DNA of 64,000 bases from an uncultured Methanosarcinales archaeon (GCA_964581515.1 CAZOOV010000001.1:180823-244822); one strand, 5' to 3'. Counted from the first letter of the stretch, positions 39,007-49,286 are shown. Notes: a model not told the origin generated them from the letters alone. Numbers and translations: made by a program.

Positions 39007-40134
39007 TTAGTTTTTTGGTTGTGTTGCTTGCAAGGCTTTGAAAATACCAGCTTGTTCAGCGAACTCATTCATGTCACCGACCATAAGCTGATTTCCAGCA
39101 GCACCAGTACTGTATGGAAGCATCTTGATCTCTTTACCTTGTAAAGATCTGATCATTTCCATCTTAACTAGTGTGTCTCCACCTTCACTTGCCATAGCTT
39201 CTCTTAACTTGGTAATAGTTTCTGCTTGGTTTTTACCTTCTGTTAAAATAGCATCTGCAAGGTTGCTTTGCTCAGTGTAATAAGCATCTGCATCGATAAC
39301 TGCCCTATTATATTCACCATCAGCTAATTTCTCTTGCTCATTTTGATAAGCAATAGCCTGGTTAAGGAGCATTGCATTCTTCTCTGTTTGAGAAGCATAC
39401 TTATTATCAAGCTGTTTTGTTGTCTCTTCTGCAAGCTTTTTAAGTTCAATCTCTGAACTATATCTATCGTCAAACCTATAGTCTTTCGGAGATACTGCAA
39501 CAACCTTAACACCAAATTCTTCATTTAGTATTTCATTAAGGTATGTTTTTGCCTTTTCTGCTGCTTGCTCTCTTTGAGTCGCATCATAGAACTGCTGTGT
39601 TTCAAGCACTCCAAATGCATCTCTTGATCTTGCTCTTGCAATCCCTCTTACAACCTTATTCTTAAGCTCGTCCATATCTTCAGCAACAAACTGCCTGATA
39701 TAAGGTGCTTTATCTGGAATGATCTGATAAGAGACAATTAAGTCCAGATTGATAGGGTTACCATCTTTTGTAAAGAATTCAAGTTCGTCATTACCAACTC
39801 TATCTCCTTTGCCTGCTTCACCTGTCATCTCGACAACCTGAAGTTTTGTGTCAAATGTATCCCATGTATTGACAAAAGGCAAGAACATATATGTTGAACC
39901 TGGTTGATAAGCCTCTGCATCTACTCCTTTCTTGAATCCAAGTTTTCTTGTCCTAACTCCAACTTCATTTGTTCCTGTTCTGTGGAATGATCCAAGTCCG
40001 AGAACAACTGCTGCTAGACCAGCAACACCAACTAATCCAAGATTACCTACGCTATTTAATACTCTACCCATAGCTCCTTTGTCTACCTGAGGTCTTGGAT
40101 TTGAATTTGGACTATATCTACTTCTTCTACTCAT
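39007..40134 (-). CDS. SPFH (band 7, HflK/C-like) protein 2
   Basis: N-terminal TM, EVGVRT, FLPFVNTWDTFD, TKDGNPINLDLIVSYQI, coiled-coil tail. Confidence 0.9.
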   Translation of the reverse strand: MSRRSRYSPNSNPRPQVDKGAMGRVLNSVGNLGLVGVAGLAAVVLGLGSFHRTGTNEVGVRTRKLGFKKGVDAEAYQPGSTYMFLPFVNTWDTFDTKLQVVEMTGEAGKGDRVGNDELEFFTKDGNPINLDLIVSYQIIPDKAPYIRQFVAEDMDELKNKVVRGIARARSRDAFGVLETQQFYDATQREQAAEKAKTYLNEILNEEFGVKVVAVSPKDYRFDDRYSSEIELKKLAEETTKQLDNKYASQTEKNAMLLNQAIAYQNEQEKLADGEYNRAVIDADAYYTEQSNLADAILTEGKNQAETITKLREAMASEGGDTLVKMEMIRSLQGKEIKMLPYSTGAAGNQLMVGDMNEFAEQAGIFKALQATQPKN

Positions 40135-41183
40135 TTGCCATCACCTCCTTCTACAGCTGAAGACTCAATTGATTTCATGATAGCCTCCAATGCAGTGAAC
40201 TGATCCACTGGCAAATATATTGTGTCAATATTTTTAAATAGCTTTGCGCCTTCAAGACCAACAATCATGTCTGAACCTTCTCCTTCATAAGCTTCATTTA
40301 CTAGTCTCTTGCTTTCAGCTTCTGCAAGCTTTACAAGTTTGTCAGCATCTGATGTCTTCTTCCTAGCATATGCTTCTTGTTCTGAATGCTTGACTTGCTT
40401 ATATGCATCTCCTTCTCTTTTCTTTGAAAGAGCTGCTTCTGTTCCTTCTTTAACAAGACCAGAAAGTTTAGCTTGTGATGCTTCTCTATCTGATTCTGCA
40501 GTGTTTCTAAGCTTAACTTGTGTCTCTACAATCTTATCAAGCATCTTTGTCCTGATTTTTGGATGGTAAGTAACTTTCCTAATCTGGATATGGCTTACTT
40601 CCATTCCTGATTCAGCCAATCTTGAATTAAGCAAAGTTCTTGCTTCCTCAGCTTTTTCTATTCTTTCCTCAACATTATAGAAATCCTTTGGCTGAAGCTT
40701 TCCAAGAGTATCTTTTAGTGCTGGTTCTCCTCTTGGAACAATACCATTCTCTTCGTAAAGTTTGCCAGCTCCGATACTTGTTATTGTCTTTTTAGGATCT
40801 GTAACCCTATAAAAGATTGAAATGTCTAAGTCAACATAAAAACCATCTGATGTCTGGATGTGTGCTGCTCTCTCATTTCTCATATATCTTCTGTCATCCT
40901 TTGTAGGTTCTGTAACTGCATAATTTAGAACCTGTACATCTTTAGGAAACCTGTGCAGTTTCTGAAGTCCTGGAACAATAAAGTGTTTTCCAGTGTCATA
41001 AGTCTTATCTTCGGGTCCGGCTTTTATACCTTCCCTACCCAATATACCAAACGGCGAGAAAGTTGTCTGTTTTACAGCCAACTCATCCTGCTTAACAAAT
41101 GGCATAGCTAAGTTGTATGCCGCTAAAAAAAGAGCGCTTCCACCGACTACAGCAGCCTTTATTGCGCCTCCATATTTAACCAT
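40131..41183 (-). CDS. SPFH (band 7, HflK/C-like) protein 1
   Basis: N-terminal TM, IQTSDGFYVDLDISIFYRVTDP, alanine-rich coiled coil; ATGA-coupled to protein 2. Confidence 0.9.
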   Translation of the reverse strand: MVKYGGAIKAAVVGGSALFLAAYNLAMPFVKQDELAVKQTTFSPFGILGREGIKAGPEDKTYDTGKHFIVPGLQKLHRFPKDVQVLNYAVTEPTKDDRRYMRNERAAHIQTSDGFYVDLDISIFYRVTDPKKTITSIGAGKLYEENGIVPRGEPALKDTLGKLQPKDFYNVEERIEKAEEARTLLNSRLAESGMEVSHIQIRKVTYHPKIRTKMLDKIVETQVKLRNTAESDREASQAKLSGLVKEGTEAALSKKREGDAYKQVKHSEQEAYARKKTSDADKLVKLAEAESKRLVNEAYEGEGSDMIVGLEGAKLFKNIDTIYLPVDQFTALEAIMKSIESSAVEGGDGK

Positions 41184-41444
41184 TTTATCAGTCCTCCATT
41201 TATGGATCTATTTTTTTATTTTTGTTGCAGAAGTATACTGTTGAAATTAAGACAAGTTATAATTTACATTATCATTAACTTCTCAGCGCATAGCAAACAG
41301 ACCAACTTGTGACTCAAACATGTTTGCTATATCTGCAACTTCTAAAATCAGATTGGCATTAGCCTAAACTGAAGTATCACCTCTTCAGCCCTCGGTCTTT
41401 TCCGCCTACCTTAAGAAACCCAAGCCTTACTAGATGAAATATCC

Positions 41445-41466
41445 AAAGTGTTTAAAAACCTTTCGG
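41445..41466. promoter_or_regulatory. Candidate bidirectional TATA region
   Basis: + strand AAAGTGTTTAAAAA; - strand GAAAGGTTTTTAAA. Confidence 0.4.
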
Positions 41467-41485
41467 TGAGTACCACTCTGAAGAA

Positions 41486-43006
41486 GTGACAAAAAGAGAA
41501 GGTTTAAAAAGAGGCCAAGGATTGTATCAAGTCATGAGTACAGCACCACCATTCGGACCTTCTGGAAATGATTCTAGCAGTGAAGATGCAAGCAATGAAG
41601 ATGTAATCAAATACATGAAAATACTTGATGTTGCTGCAGCACTAAAAGAGCAGCATGATGAGCTTGGAAAAAGGCTTAGCGATGATGATTCTAAGGCAGA
41701 TTTAAGAAAGAGACTTCAAGGATGGGACACAAAAACAGGTACAGAAACAGATGTTGCCCTTATGGAAACTGCTATTGCTGATTATTTCTCAAATGCTTTT
41801 GAGTTTAAAGGAATTGAAGACCCAAAACAAGAAAGACTTGCAGACATGTATATCAATAGAGGAAAAATTATCAAAAAAAAAATATTACCAATCACAATTG
41901 CTGGTCTTATTGCACTCAGTGGTTGGGGACTTATCTCTGGAGCTAGAAAAGCTAGCATTAGATCTGAAGAGAGAAAAGTTGAAGAGAAAGTTGAACAAAC
42001 ATATGGATTAAAACAGACTCTTGAAAGACAACTTAGTGAAGTAGAAAGAGAATCAGACAATACATTAGTACTTGAGCTTGCTAAAGATGCAAGAACTGTA
42101 CTTAATGATACAGATAATTTCTTTCATACATATTGTAGAAATGGAGATGCAAAAGATAATGTCACAGTTGATAATTATAAAGATGTTGAGGCTAATATTG
42201 AAGATATAACAACTACATTAAGAAGCTCTAAACTAATTGCTGATAAGACAAGTAGCATGGTCAGAGGAATGAGAGAACTTGAAAGTGCTAAAAGAACACT
42301 TGACTCAAGAATAAATAATATTGATGCTTCAAAATATACTGCAAACATGAAAGAAAAAGCACGTGGCATGTATACATCAATGGTTAATGCTGCAAATGAA
42401 GGAGATATTGAAAGTGCACAAGCACAAAACAAACAACTTAGCGCATATTTACAAGATATAAAAACATTCTCAGCGTTAATACCTCAAACACAAAGAGCTT
42501 ATGCATCACTTAAGAGAACAGCTGTTGAAGATATTGCAAAACAAAGAACTGAGAGTTTATATGAGGGTGCAAAAACTCAAATGGAAACTGCTGATGTTGC
42601 AAGACTTAGAGGAAGTGCTGCTGCACTTGACGCTCTTGATAACTTAGTTGGAAGTGCATATAAACTCAGAATTGTTAGCAGACCTGGCGAAAAGAGTGGT
42701 GTATGGAGACAATATGGCACACGAGGAAATCAAAATGTCTCAGGATATTATATTGTAGTTGAAGCAATAGGAAATAATGGAAGAGTAATACCTATGAATA
42801 TAACAAACGAAGAGACAGGCAGAACTGAGAAAGTTACAAAATGGGGAGAGCGTGTAGCTAAATCAGTATACGAGGGAGTAGGAAGAGATAAACAGGATGA
42901 TGGAATTATTCAGAAAAATATAGTAGGAGAAAAAGAAATAGGTTATCTGACAACTAGATTCACTATGAAAGGTGTTGATGGTAAAGCACAGATAACTAGA
43001 TGGTAG
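41486..43006 (+). CDS. DUF6384-like membrane-anchored protein
   Basis: LADMYINRG + TM; C-terminal YKLRIVSRPGEKSGVWR, YYIVVEAI, EETGRTEKVTKWG, DKQDDGIIQ match my recollection of bacterial DUF6384. Confidence 0.8.
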   Translation: MTKREGLKRGQGLYQVMSTAPPFGPSGNDSSSEDASNEDVIKYMKILDVAAALKEQHDELGKRLSDDDSKADLRKRLQGWDTKTGTETDVALMETAIADYFSNAFEFKGIEDPKQERLADMYINRGKIIKKKILPITIAGLIALSGWGLISGARKASIRSEERKVEEKVEQTYGLKQTLERQLSEVERESDNTLVLELAKDARTVLNDTDNFFHTYCRNGDAKDNVTVDNYKDVEANIEDITTTLRSSKLIADKTSSMVRGMRELESAKRTLDSRINNIDASKYTANMKEKARGMYTSMVNAANEGDIESAQAQNKQLSAYLQDIKTFSALIPQTQRAYASLKRTAVEDIAKQRTESLYEGAKTQMETADVARLRGSAAALDALDNLVGSAYKLRIVSRPGEKSGVWRQYGTRGNQNVSGYYIVVEAIGNNGRVIPMNITNEETGRTEKVTKWGERVAKSVYEGVGRDKQDDGIIQKNIVGEKEIGYLTTRFTMKGVDGKAQITRW

Positions 43007-43018
43007 GATTATAAAAAA

Positions 43019-44458
43019 ATGGTCAGCGGAAGCAGAGTAGAAAGAGAAATCAATGATAAGATATCTAGTCTTCAAGATAAATACAGAACTCTTACAAGAA
43101 GAGCTGACAGATGTGAAGATAGAGTTATCAGCCTATCACATGAACGTGAAGGATTATATGCACAATTGGCTGTAAAATATCTTCCTGAAATGGATTCAGA
43201 TTCAGTTCAAAAGACACTCAAAGAAGTAAGAGGAGAAGTTGAACAATTATTTGAACAGAAAAAAGGTCGGCAAAAACAACTTGAAAAAACTCTACTTGAT
43301 CTAGATCAAAGCAAGATCAGTCTACAATTAGAACTAGATAAAATAACAATACAATTAGAAGGAAAAGTAAGAGAGCGTGACAAGCTTATGCAGTCTGTTG
43401 ACATGAGATTACTTGAACATACAGAGTATAAAGATCTAGGAGACAAAGCAGAACAAGCTAAAGAGTTAATTGCACAAGAAGATAGACGTGCAAAGACATA
43501 TGAAGAATTCACTGCACCTAGGCTTGTTGATTTCAGACAAGACAAAAGATTCTCTTATCTTATGAAAAGAAAATTTGGTACAGATAATTACAAAGGAAAA
43601 GGACTAAGCGCAAGGTTTGATAACTGGCTTGCTGAAGTTGTAGATTATACTGCACAAAAAGAAGACTATGATCTTCAAAAAGGAATACCTGACCATATAG
43701 CACATGAAAAAGCCATTAGACAAGACGCACTTGAAGATGTTGTTGGTAAAATGGAAGCTATTGAGAATAGAGAATCTCAAGATATAGGTCTTGTTGATGT
43801 AATAAAAGAAGGAAAAGAGATTGGGCAGAAAAGAGAAGAGATGATGAGTCAGATAGAAGAAATAGACAGCAAATATAAGAGATTATATGGGGAAAAGAAA
43901 GAACTTGCAACAAACAAAGGATTTTATTATAAAAACGCTGTCAAAAGACTTAAAACTTATCTAAAAGGAAGCAAACTTGCTACATTAAGAAGAACTGCAC
44001 TTGCTAGTCCAGACCCAGAAGATGATGTAATTGTTGAAAGGATTGAGACAATCAATGCAGGAATAAGCCAAATAAAAAGAAAATCAAAACATGCACAATC
44101 ACAAGCAGATGATGTAGAAGATCAACTTGATGGACTCAAAGACATCAGAAGAAAATTCAGAAGAAAGGATTATGAATCAAGAAGATCATACTTCCCAGGC
44201 GGTTTTGATATGGACTCGCTCCTTACAGGATATCTGGTAGGAACATATAACAGCAGGCAATTATGGAATAAGATTGATAGAGGTCAACGTTTCAAGCCAA
44301 AGCAAACTTATAGAAGTTCAAATTATAATTCATATAGAAGCACAAGCAGAAGATCATCACCAACAATCTCAATGCCATCTATATCAGTATCAACACCTTC
44401 TTTTAGTACAGGTGGAAGCATAAGCAGTTCCAGTTTCTCAACTGGTGGTGGGTTCTAA
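43019..44458 (+). CDS. Long coiled-coil protein with Ser/Gly tail ending FSTGGGF
   Basis: Heptad-rich; central FSYLMKRKFGTDNY...RFDNWLAEVVDY...IP; low-complexity tail. Confidence 0.85.
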   Translation: MVSGSRVEREINDKISSLQDKYRTLTRRADRCEDRVISLSHEREGLYAQLAVKYLPEMDSDSVQKTLKEVRGEVEQLFEQKKGRQKQLEKTLLDLDQSKISLQLELDKITIQLEGKVRERDKLMQSVDMRLLEHTEYKDLGDKAEQAKELIAQEDRRAKTYEEFTAPRLVDFRQDKRFSYLMKRKFGTDNYKGKGLSARFDNWLAEVVDYTAQKEDYDLQKGIPDHIAHEKAIRQDALEDVVGKMEAIENRESQDIGLVDVIKEGKEIGQKREEMMSQIEEIDSKYKRLYGEKKELATNKGFYYKNAVKRLKTYLKGSKLATLRRTALASPDPEDDVIVERIETINAGISQIKRKSKHAQSQADDVEDQLDGLKDIRRKFRRKDYESRRSYFPGGFDMDSLLTGYLVGTYNSRQLWNKIDRGQRFKPKQTYRSSNYNSYRSTSRRSSPTISMPSISVSTPSFSTGGSISSSSFSTGGGF

Positions 44459-44573
44459 CTATTTCTTATTATTTCCGCACAAAACATATAAATTAGTGAT
44501 AATTTGGTTTATATCAGATTGATTATTATATTAATTATTAATATCAGGTGAAAAATCAATATCAGGTGAAAAT

Positions 44574-45083
44574 ATGGCAGAAGAAATAATAGATATGATA
44601 ACAGAAGAAGATGAAGTCATAGGAACTATGACTCGAAAAGAAGTAATTGAACAGAACCTTTTACATAGGTCTGTATTCATATTTGTATTTAATGAAAATG
44701 GTGATGTATTCATACAAAAAAGATCAGAAGATAAAGATATATTACCAGGGATGTATGGTGTCAGTTGTGGTGGATTTGTACAATCAGAAGAAACATATGA
44801 AGACGGTGCTGAGCGAGAACTAAAAGAAGAATTAGGTATTGAGTCACCAATGATATTCATAAAACAAGCAAGGTTCAAGAGTGATAAACAGAATTATATT
44901 GGACATATTTATGCATTAGAATATGATGGTGAAATTAATTTCAATGATGGAGAAGTTGTCGATGGTAAATTCGTTTCTGAAGAAGAGCTTATGGAACTCA
45001 TAAAGAAAAAAGATTTCTTACCCGATGCAAAAAAAATGATAGAACAGTATTTCAGTGAGATAAAAGAAAGAGCAATGGGTTAA
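44574..45083 (+). CDS. NUDIX hydrolase (IDI type 1-like)
   Basis: HRSVFIFVFN, IQKRS, GGFVQSEETYEDGAERELKEELGI Nudix box. Confidence 0.9.
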   Translation: MAEEIIDMITEEDEVIGTMTRKEVIEQNLLHRSVFIFVFNENGDVFIQKRSEDKDILPGMYGVSCGGFVQSEETYEDGAERELKEELGIESPMIFIKQARFKSDKQNYIGHIYALEYDGEINFNDGEVVDGKFVSEEELMELIKKKDFLPDAKKMIEQYFSEIKERAMG

Positions 45084-45085
45084 AG

Positions 45086-46414
45086 ATGGGAATTGAAATA
45101 AGAGCAATAGGTGGCTACAGTGAAGTAGGCAAGAATATGACTGCCATCAAGGTTGATGATGAAGTCATAGTCTGTGACATGGGAATACATCTTGAAAACT
45201 ATATTGCACTTACTGAAAATGAAGATCTTGTCAAAATACAACCTTATGAACTGATAGATAATCATGCAGTTCCAGACATTGAACAAATAAAAGGATGGGA
45301 AAGCATGGTTAAGGCAATAGTACCAACACATGCACATCTAGATCATATAGGCGCAATACCTTTTATTGCTGGATATTATGAAGCACCAGTCATATGTACA
45401 CCATTTACAGCAGCAGTACTAAACAGACTCATTAGTGATGCAAGAATTCCTTTCAAGAATGAAATTAAAGTCCTTAATGTAAATTCTAAAATAAGCATCA
45501 GTGATAAAATTACAATCGAATTTGTAAGCATGACACATTCTACACCACAAACGATTCTCATCGTAATACATACACCTTATGGCAAGATAATATATGCAAA
45601 TGATTTCAAATTTGACCAATACCCTGTACTTGGAACAAAAGTTAATATTGCAAGACTCAAAGAGATTGGTCAAGAAGGAGATGTACTTTGCTTGATACTT
45701 GATTCACTCTACGCACCAGACAATAGGAAGATGCCCTCTGAAAGTGTAGCAAGAGCAATGCTCAAAGATGTATTATTAGGGACAAATTCTGATGGAAAGG
45801 CAGTCATCATTACAACTTTTTCCAGCCATATAGCAAGACTAAAGTCAATAGTGGATTTTGGCGATAGAATGGGAAGAAAGGTAGTCTTTATGGGAAGAAG
45901 CCTAAACAAATACTTATCAGCAGCTGAAGAAGTAGGACTAGTTAAGCTTTCAGAAAAAGTGGATATGGTAAAGTATTCATCAAAGATAAGGCCAAAATTA
46001 AATAAACTTATACGTGAAGGTATTGATAAATATTTAATAGTTGTAACTGGACATCAAGGAGAGCCACAATCTGCACTCAGTAAAATGGTAGATGGAAATT
46101 TCAAATTTCAACAAGGAGATCATGTCATATTCTCTTCAAGCATAATTCCTAGTCCAACAAACAAAAAGAATAGGGCATTTCTTGAACAGAAACTCAGAGC
46201 TTTTGGAGTAAGAGTATTTACAAATATACATGTATCAGGTCACGCTGCAAGAGAAGATCAAAGAGATATGCTTGAAATGCTAAGACCACAGCATATAATA
46301 CCAGCACATGCTGAAGTACATATGATGGACGCACTAAAAGAGTTAGCATTGGATTTGGGATATGAAGAAGAAAAGGTTCATATGCTCAAAAGCGGGGATA
46401 TTCTTAAACTGTAA
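45086..46414 (+). CDS. rnj: Ribonuclease J
   Basis: GGYSEVGKNMT, THAHLDHIG, HSTP, NDFKFD, TFSSHIARL, TGHQGEP, HVSGHA, PAH. Confidence 0.93.
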   Translation: MGIEIRAIGGYSEVGKNMTAIKVDDEVIVCDMGIHLENYIALTENEDLVKIQPYELIDNHAVPDIEQIKGWESMVKAIVPTHAHLDHIGAIPFIAGYYEAPVICTPFTAAVLNRLISDARIPFKNEIKVLNVNSKISISDKITIEFVSMTHSTPQTILIVIHTPYGKIIYANDFKFDQYPVLGTKVNIARLKEIGQEGDVLCLILDSLYAPDNRKMPSESVARAMLKDVLLGTNSDGKAVIITTFSSHIARLKSIVDFGDRMGRKVVFMGRSLNKYLSAAEEVGLVKLSEKVDMVKYSSKIRPKLNKLIREGIDKYLIVVTGHQGEPQSALSKMVDGNFKFQQGDHVIFSSSIIPSPTNKKNRAFLEQKLRAFGVRVFTNIHVSGHAAREDQRDMLEMLRPQHIIPAHAEVHMMDALKELALDLGYEEEKVHMLKSGDILKL

Positions 46415-46525
46415 TTGGAACATATCATATTAAGTAATCATTCAGTTGAAAAGTGATATAAAAGTATCAAAATCTTTATAAGCATGGGATTTATCCCTAA
46501 TTCTAAGGAAAGGGGGTATATTAAA

Positions 46526-47269
46526 ATGAAGCTTACACTTGCTGAACCTAAATATCTAAAGGAAAGCATCTCAATCATCTCAGAACTAGTAAATGAAGCT
46601 AGATTCAAGATTACATCACAAGCAATAGAGCTTGTAGCTATGGATCCTGCAAATGTTGCAATGGTTATATACAAATTACTTAGTAGCAGTTTTGTTGAAT
46701 ATAATGTTGAAAAAGACACAGAATTTGCAATAAATCTTAGCAATTTCAAACAGATTCTTAGAAGAGCTGGAGCAAATGATATGGTAAATCTAGAGCTTGA
46801 AGCAAATAAGCTTAAAATAACCCTTAAATCAAATACTATAAGGACATTCTCTTTACCAATAATAGAACTTGAAGAAAAAGAACAAAAGATACCTGAACTT
46901 TCTTTCCCTGTGGAAATAAAAACAAAATCAAACATCCTCACAAATGCAGTTGAAGATGTAGATATAATTGCTGATAGTGTTAGCATGATGTCAGATAATG
47001 GAAAATTCAAGATTATGGCAGAAGGGGACCTTAGCGATGCAACAATAGAGATTGAAGATGGAGAAGACACAAAAATAAAAACAGATATGAATGTTACAAT
47101 AAAAGCAAAATACTCTGTCGAATATCTCAAGAAGATGATTGCAGGTGCAAAGATTGCTGATGATGTAATGATCTATTTCAATAAAGATTATCCACTTAGA
47201 CTAGATTATGCTACAATAGATAAAGTAAGTCTTTCGTTTATTCTAGCACCTAGGGTTGAGAACGATTAA
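46526..47269 (+). CDS. pcn: DNA polymerase sliding clamp PCNA
   Basis: AMDPANVAMV, YSVEYLKKM, DYPLRLDY, FILAPRVE; start moved to MKLTL. Confidence 0.96.
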   Translation: MKLTLAEPKYLKESISIISELVNEARFKITSQAIELVAMDPANVAMVIYKLLSSSFVEYNVEKDTEFAINLSNFKQILRRAGANDMVNLELEANKLKITLKSNTIRTFSLPIIELEEKEQKIPELSFPVEIKTKSNILTNAVEDVDIIADSVSMMSDNGKFKIMAEGDLSDATIEIEDGEDTKIKTDMNVTIKAKYSVEYLKKMIAGAKIADDVMIYFNKDYPLRLDYATIDKVSLSFILAPRVEND

Positions 47270-47372
47270 AATTTAATTGTTCATTTATTTTATTATACTT
47301 AATTATTATTTCTAAATATAGATTAATCAGTATCACAAGGATTTTTAAAACACAGAATAACTACGTCTATCC

Positions 47373-48251
47373 ATGAAAAGAAAAGGAAGTTGTAATGTGT
47401 TGAGAAGTGCAGGGCTTTCTTTAGCCATTCTTATAGCTGGATGCCAGACCGTACCAAAAGAAACAGATGATGTACAGACACAGACAAAGGAATTAGATTT
47501 TGGAATATTTAAAAGTAAACAAGGAATAGAAGACTCTTTAAGATGGTTCAAGAAAGGAGTCGTTACAGAAGGTGAATATGAAGGATTAAGGTTGAGAACA
47601 GCATCAAAAGATAAGATTTCTTCACTTGATGAATATATTGATCCAAATGATAGAAATGTAGTGGCTTTCAATAAATATGCAGATGAAGAAATACCTGGAT
47701 GGAAAGAGATGAATAATCTCTATAGGGCTGGTACAATCTATAATATGTTAAAAGCCCATTTTGAATATAGAGCTAATCCTTTTGACAAGTTGGAGTATAC
47801 CCACCTAGTAGACTTCCCAGATGAACTAAAAAGAAATGTTGACAAGGTAGAAAGATTCAGAAGAAGAAAACTAATGGGTATACAGACAGTCTCTGATACT
47901 TACAAATATAGAAAAGGACATTGTGAGGACCTTGCAATCATGCTTACTTCACATCTAAGAGGAGTAGGGATAGAATCATATCTTGTTCTTGTAGAATATG
48001 AAGGAGATTCTGCTGCACATATAATGGTTGCATTTGATTCTGGACTAGTGAGCGATGAAAAGCCACCTATAGAGGTGACTGAAGCAAATAAGGAAGATTA
48101 TCCATTATTAGACAGAAAAGAAATATTTACATTTGTAGACCCTGCATACTGTAAAGATTTTGATTTTGCAGATAATATGATGTTTTGTCAGAAACATTAT
48201 TGTGAAGAAGCACAGGATAAAGTAATACAGCTTATTAGAAAAAATAATTGA
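47373..48251 (+). CDS. Transglutaminase-like lipoprotein
   Basis: Lipobox-like LIAGC; GHCEDLAI, AAHIMV, FVDP (Cys-His-Asp triad). Confidence 0.82.
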   Translation: MKRKGSCNVLRSAGLSLAILIAGCQTVPKETDDVQTQTKELDFGIFKSKQGIEDSLRWFKKGVVTEGEYEGLRLRTASKDKISSLDEYIDPNDRNVVAFNKYADEEIPGWKEMNNLYRAGTIYNMLKAHFEYRANPFDKLEYTHLVDFPDELKRNVDKVERFRRRKLMGIQTVSDTYKYRKGHCEDLAIMLTSHLRGVGIESYLVLVEYEGDSAAHIMVAFDSGLVSDEKPPIEVTEANKEDYPLLDRKEIFTFVDPAYCKDFDFADNMMFCQKHYCEEAQDKVIQLIRKNN

Positions 48252-48329
48252 TTTAGAATTTTCTAAATATATTTTGCATAAATCTGTTGTAAAAAGCAAT
48301 AGATTTATAAATCAGTAACGATTCTTTAT

Positions 48330-48344
48330 TAGTAATCATTACTA
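48330..48344. promoter_or_regulatory. Fur/PerR-type 7-1-7 operator
   Basis: TAGTAAT-C-ATTACTA perfect inverted repeat 8 nt upstream of the fur ATG. Confidence 0.75.
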
Positions 48345-48352
48345 TTTAGAAA

Positions 48353-48739
48353 ATGACAACCCAAAGAAATACCACGCAAAAAATAAAAATTTTGGAATTT
48401 TTAAGGAGTGTAAAGACACATCCTTCAGCTGAAGATGTATATAAGGCTGTAAAGGAGGATTTGCCCACTATAAGTCTGGGGACGGTTTATAGGAATCTAA
48501 ATCTTCTTGCAGAACAAGGAGAAATATTAAAACTGGAACTTGGGGGAGAATTTCGTTTTGATGGAGATATATGCCATCATGTGCATTACATATGTCAAGA
48601 ATGTGGAATAATAGTTGATGAATCCAATGGCCCACTATCAAAAATAGTGATGGACAAAATAAAATCAAAATCATTTAAACCTAAGTGTGTGAATATTTTA
48701 GTTAAAGGTTATTGCAAAGAATGCAAAGGAGGAAAATAA
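48353..48739 (+). CDS. Fur/PerR family transcriptional repressor
   Basis: THPSAEDVY, ISLGTVYRNL, HHVHYICQECG, GYCKEC. Confidence 0.93.
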   Translation: MTTQRNTTQKIKILEFLRSVKTHPSAEDVYKAVKEDLPTISLGTVYRNLNLLAEQGEILKLELGGEFRFDGDICHHVHYICQECGIIVDESNGPLSKIVMDKIKSKSFKPKCVNILVKGYCKECKGGK

Positions 48740-48740
48740 G

Positions 48741-49286
48741 ATGAGTACAACAGAAGAAAATCTCAAAGCAGCTTTCGCTGGAGAAAGCCAAGCAAGAAAC
48801 AAATATACATATTTTGCTAAGGTGGCAAGAAAAGAAGGTTATCATTACATTGCAAGATTATTTGAAGAAACTGCTGAAAATGAAAGACAGCATGCAAAAG
48901 ATGAATTCAAGCTTCTAGGGGGTATAGGAGATACAAAAGCAAACCTAAAAGCTGCTATGGAAGGAGAAAACTATGAAGTTACAGAAATGTATCCTACTTT
49001 TGCCAAAGAAGCTGAAGAAGAAGGCAATAAAGAAGCAGCCTTACTATTTACACAAATAGCTAAAGCTGAAGAAGCACATGAGAAAAGATACAAAAAATTA
49101 CTTCAAATGGTAGAAGACGGCACAGTATTCAAGAAAAAAAAACCAATTAAATGGAAGTGTGGAAAATGTGGGAGAATTGTTGAAGGTACTGAAGCACCTG
49201 AAAAATGCCCAACATGTAAGCATCCACAATCTTATTTTGAACCTGAATGCTTATGTTTTGAAGAAGATTGTGAAATTTGCAATTAA
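48741..49286 (+). CDS. rbr: Rubrerythrin
   Basis: AFAGESQARNKY, ENERQHA, GENYE, WKCGKCG...CPTCKHP. Confidence 0.95.
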   Translation: MSTTEENLKAAFAGESQARNKYTYFAKVARKEGYHYIARLFEETAENERQHAKDEFKLLGGIGDTKANLKAAMEGENYEVTEMYPTFAKEAEEEGNKEAALLFTQIAKAEEAHEKRYKKLLQMVEDGTVFKKKKPIKWKCGKCGRIVEGTEAPEKCPTCKHPQSYFEPECLCFEEDCEICN

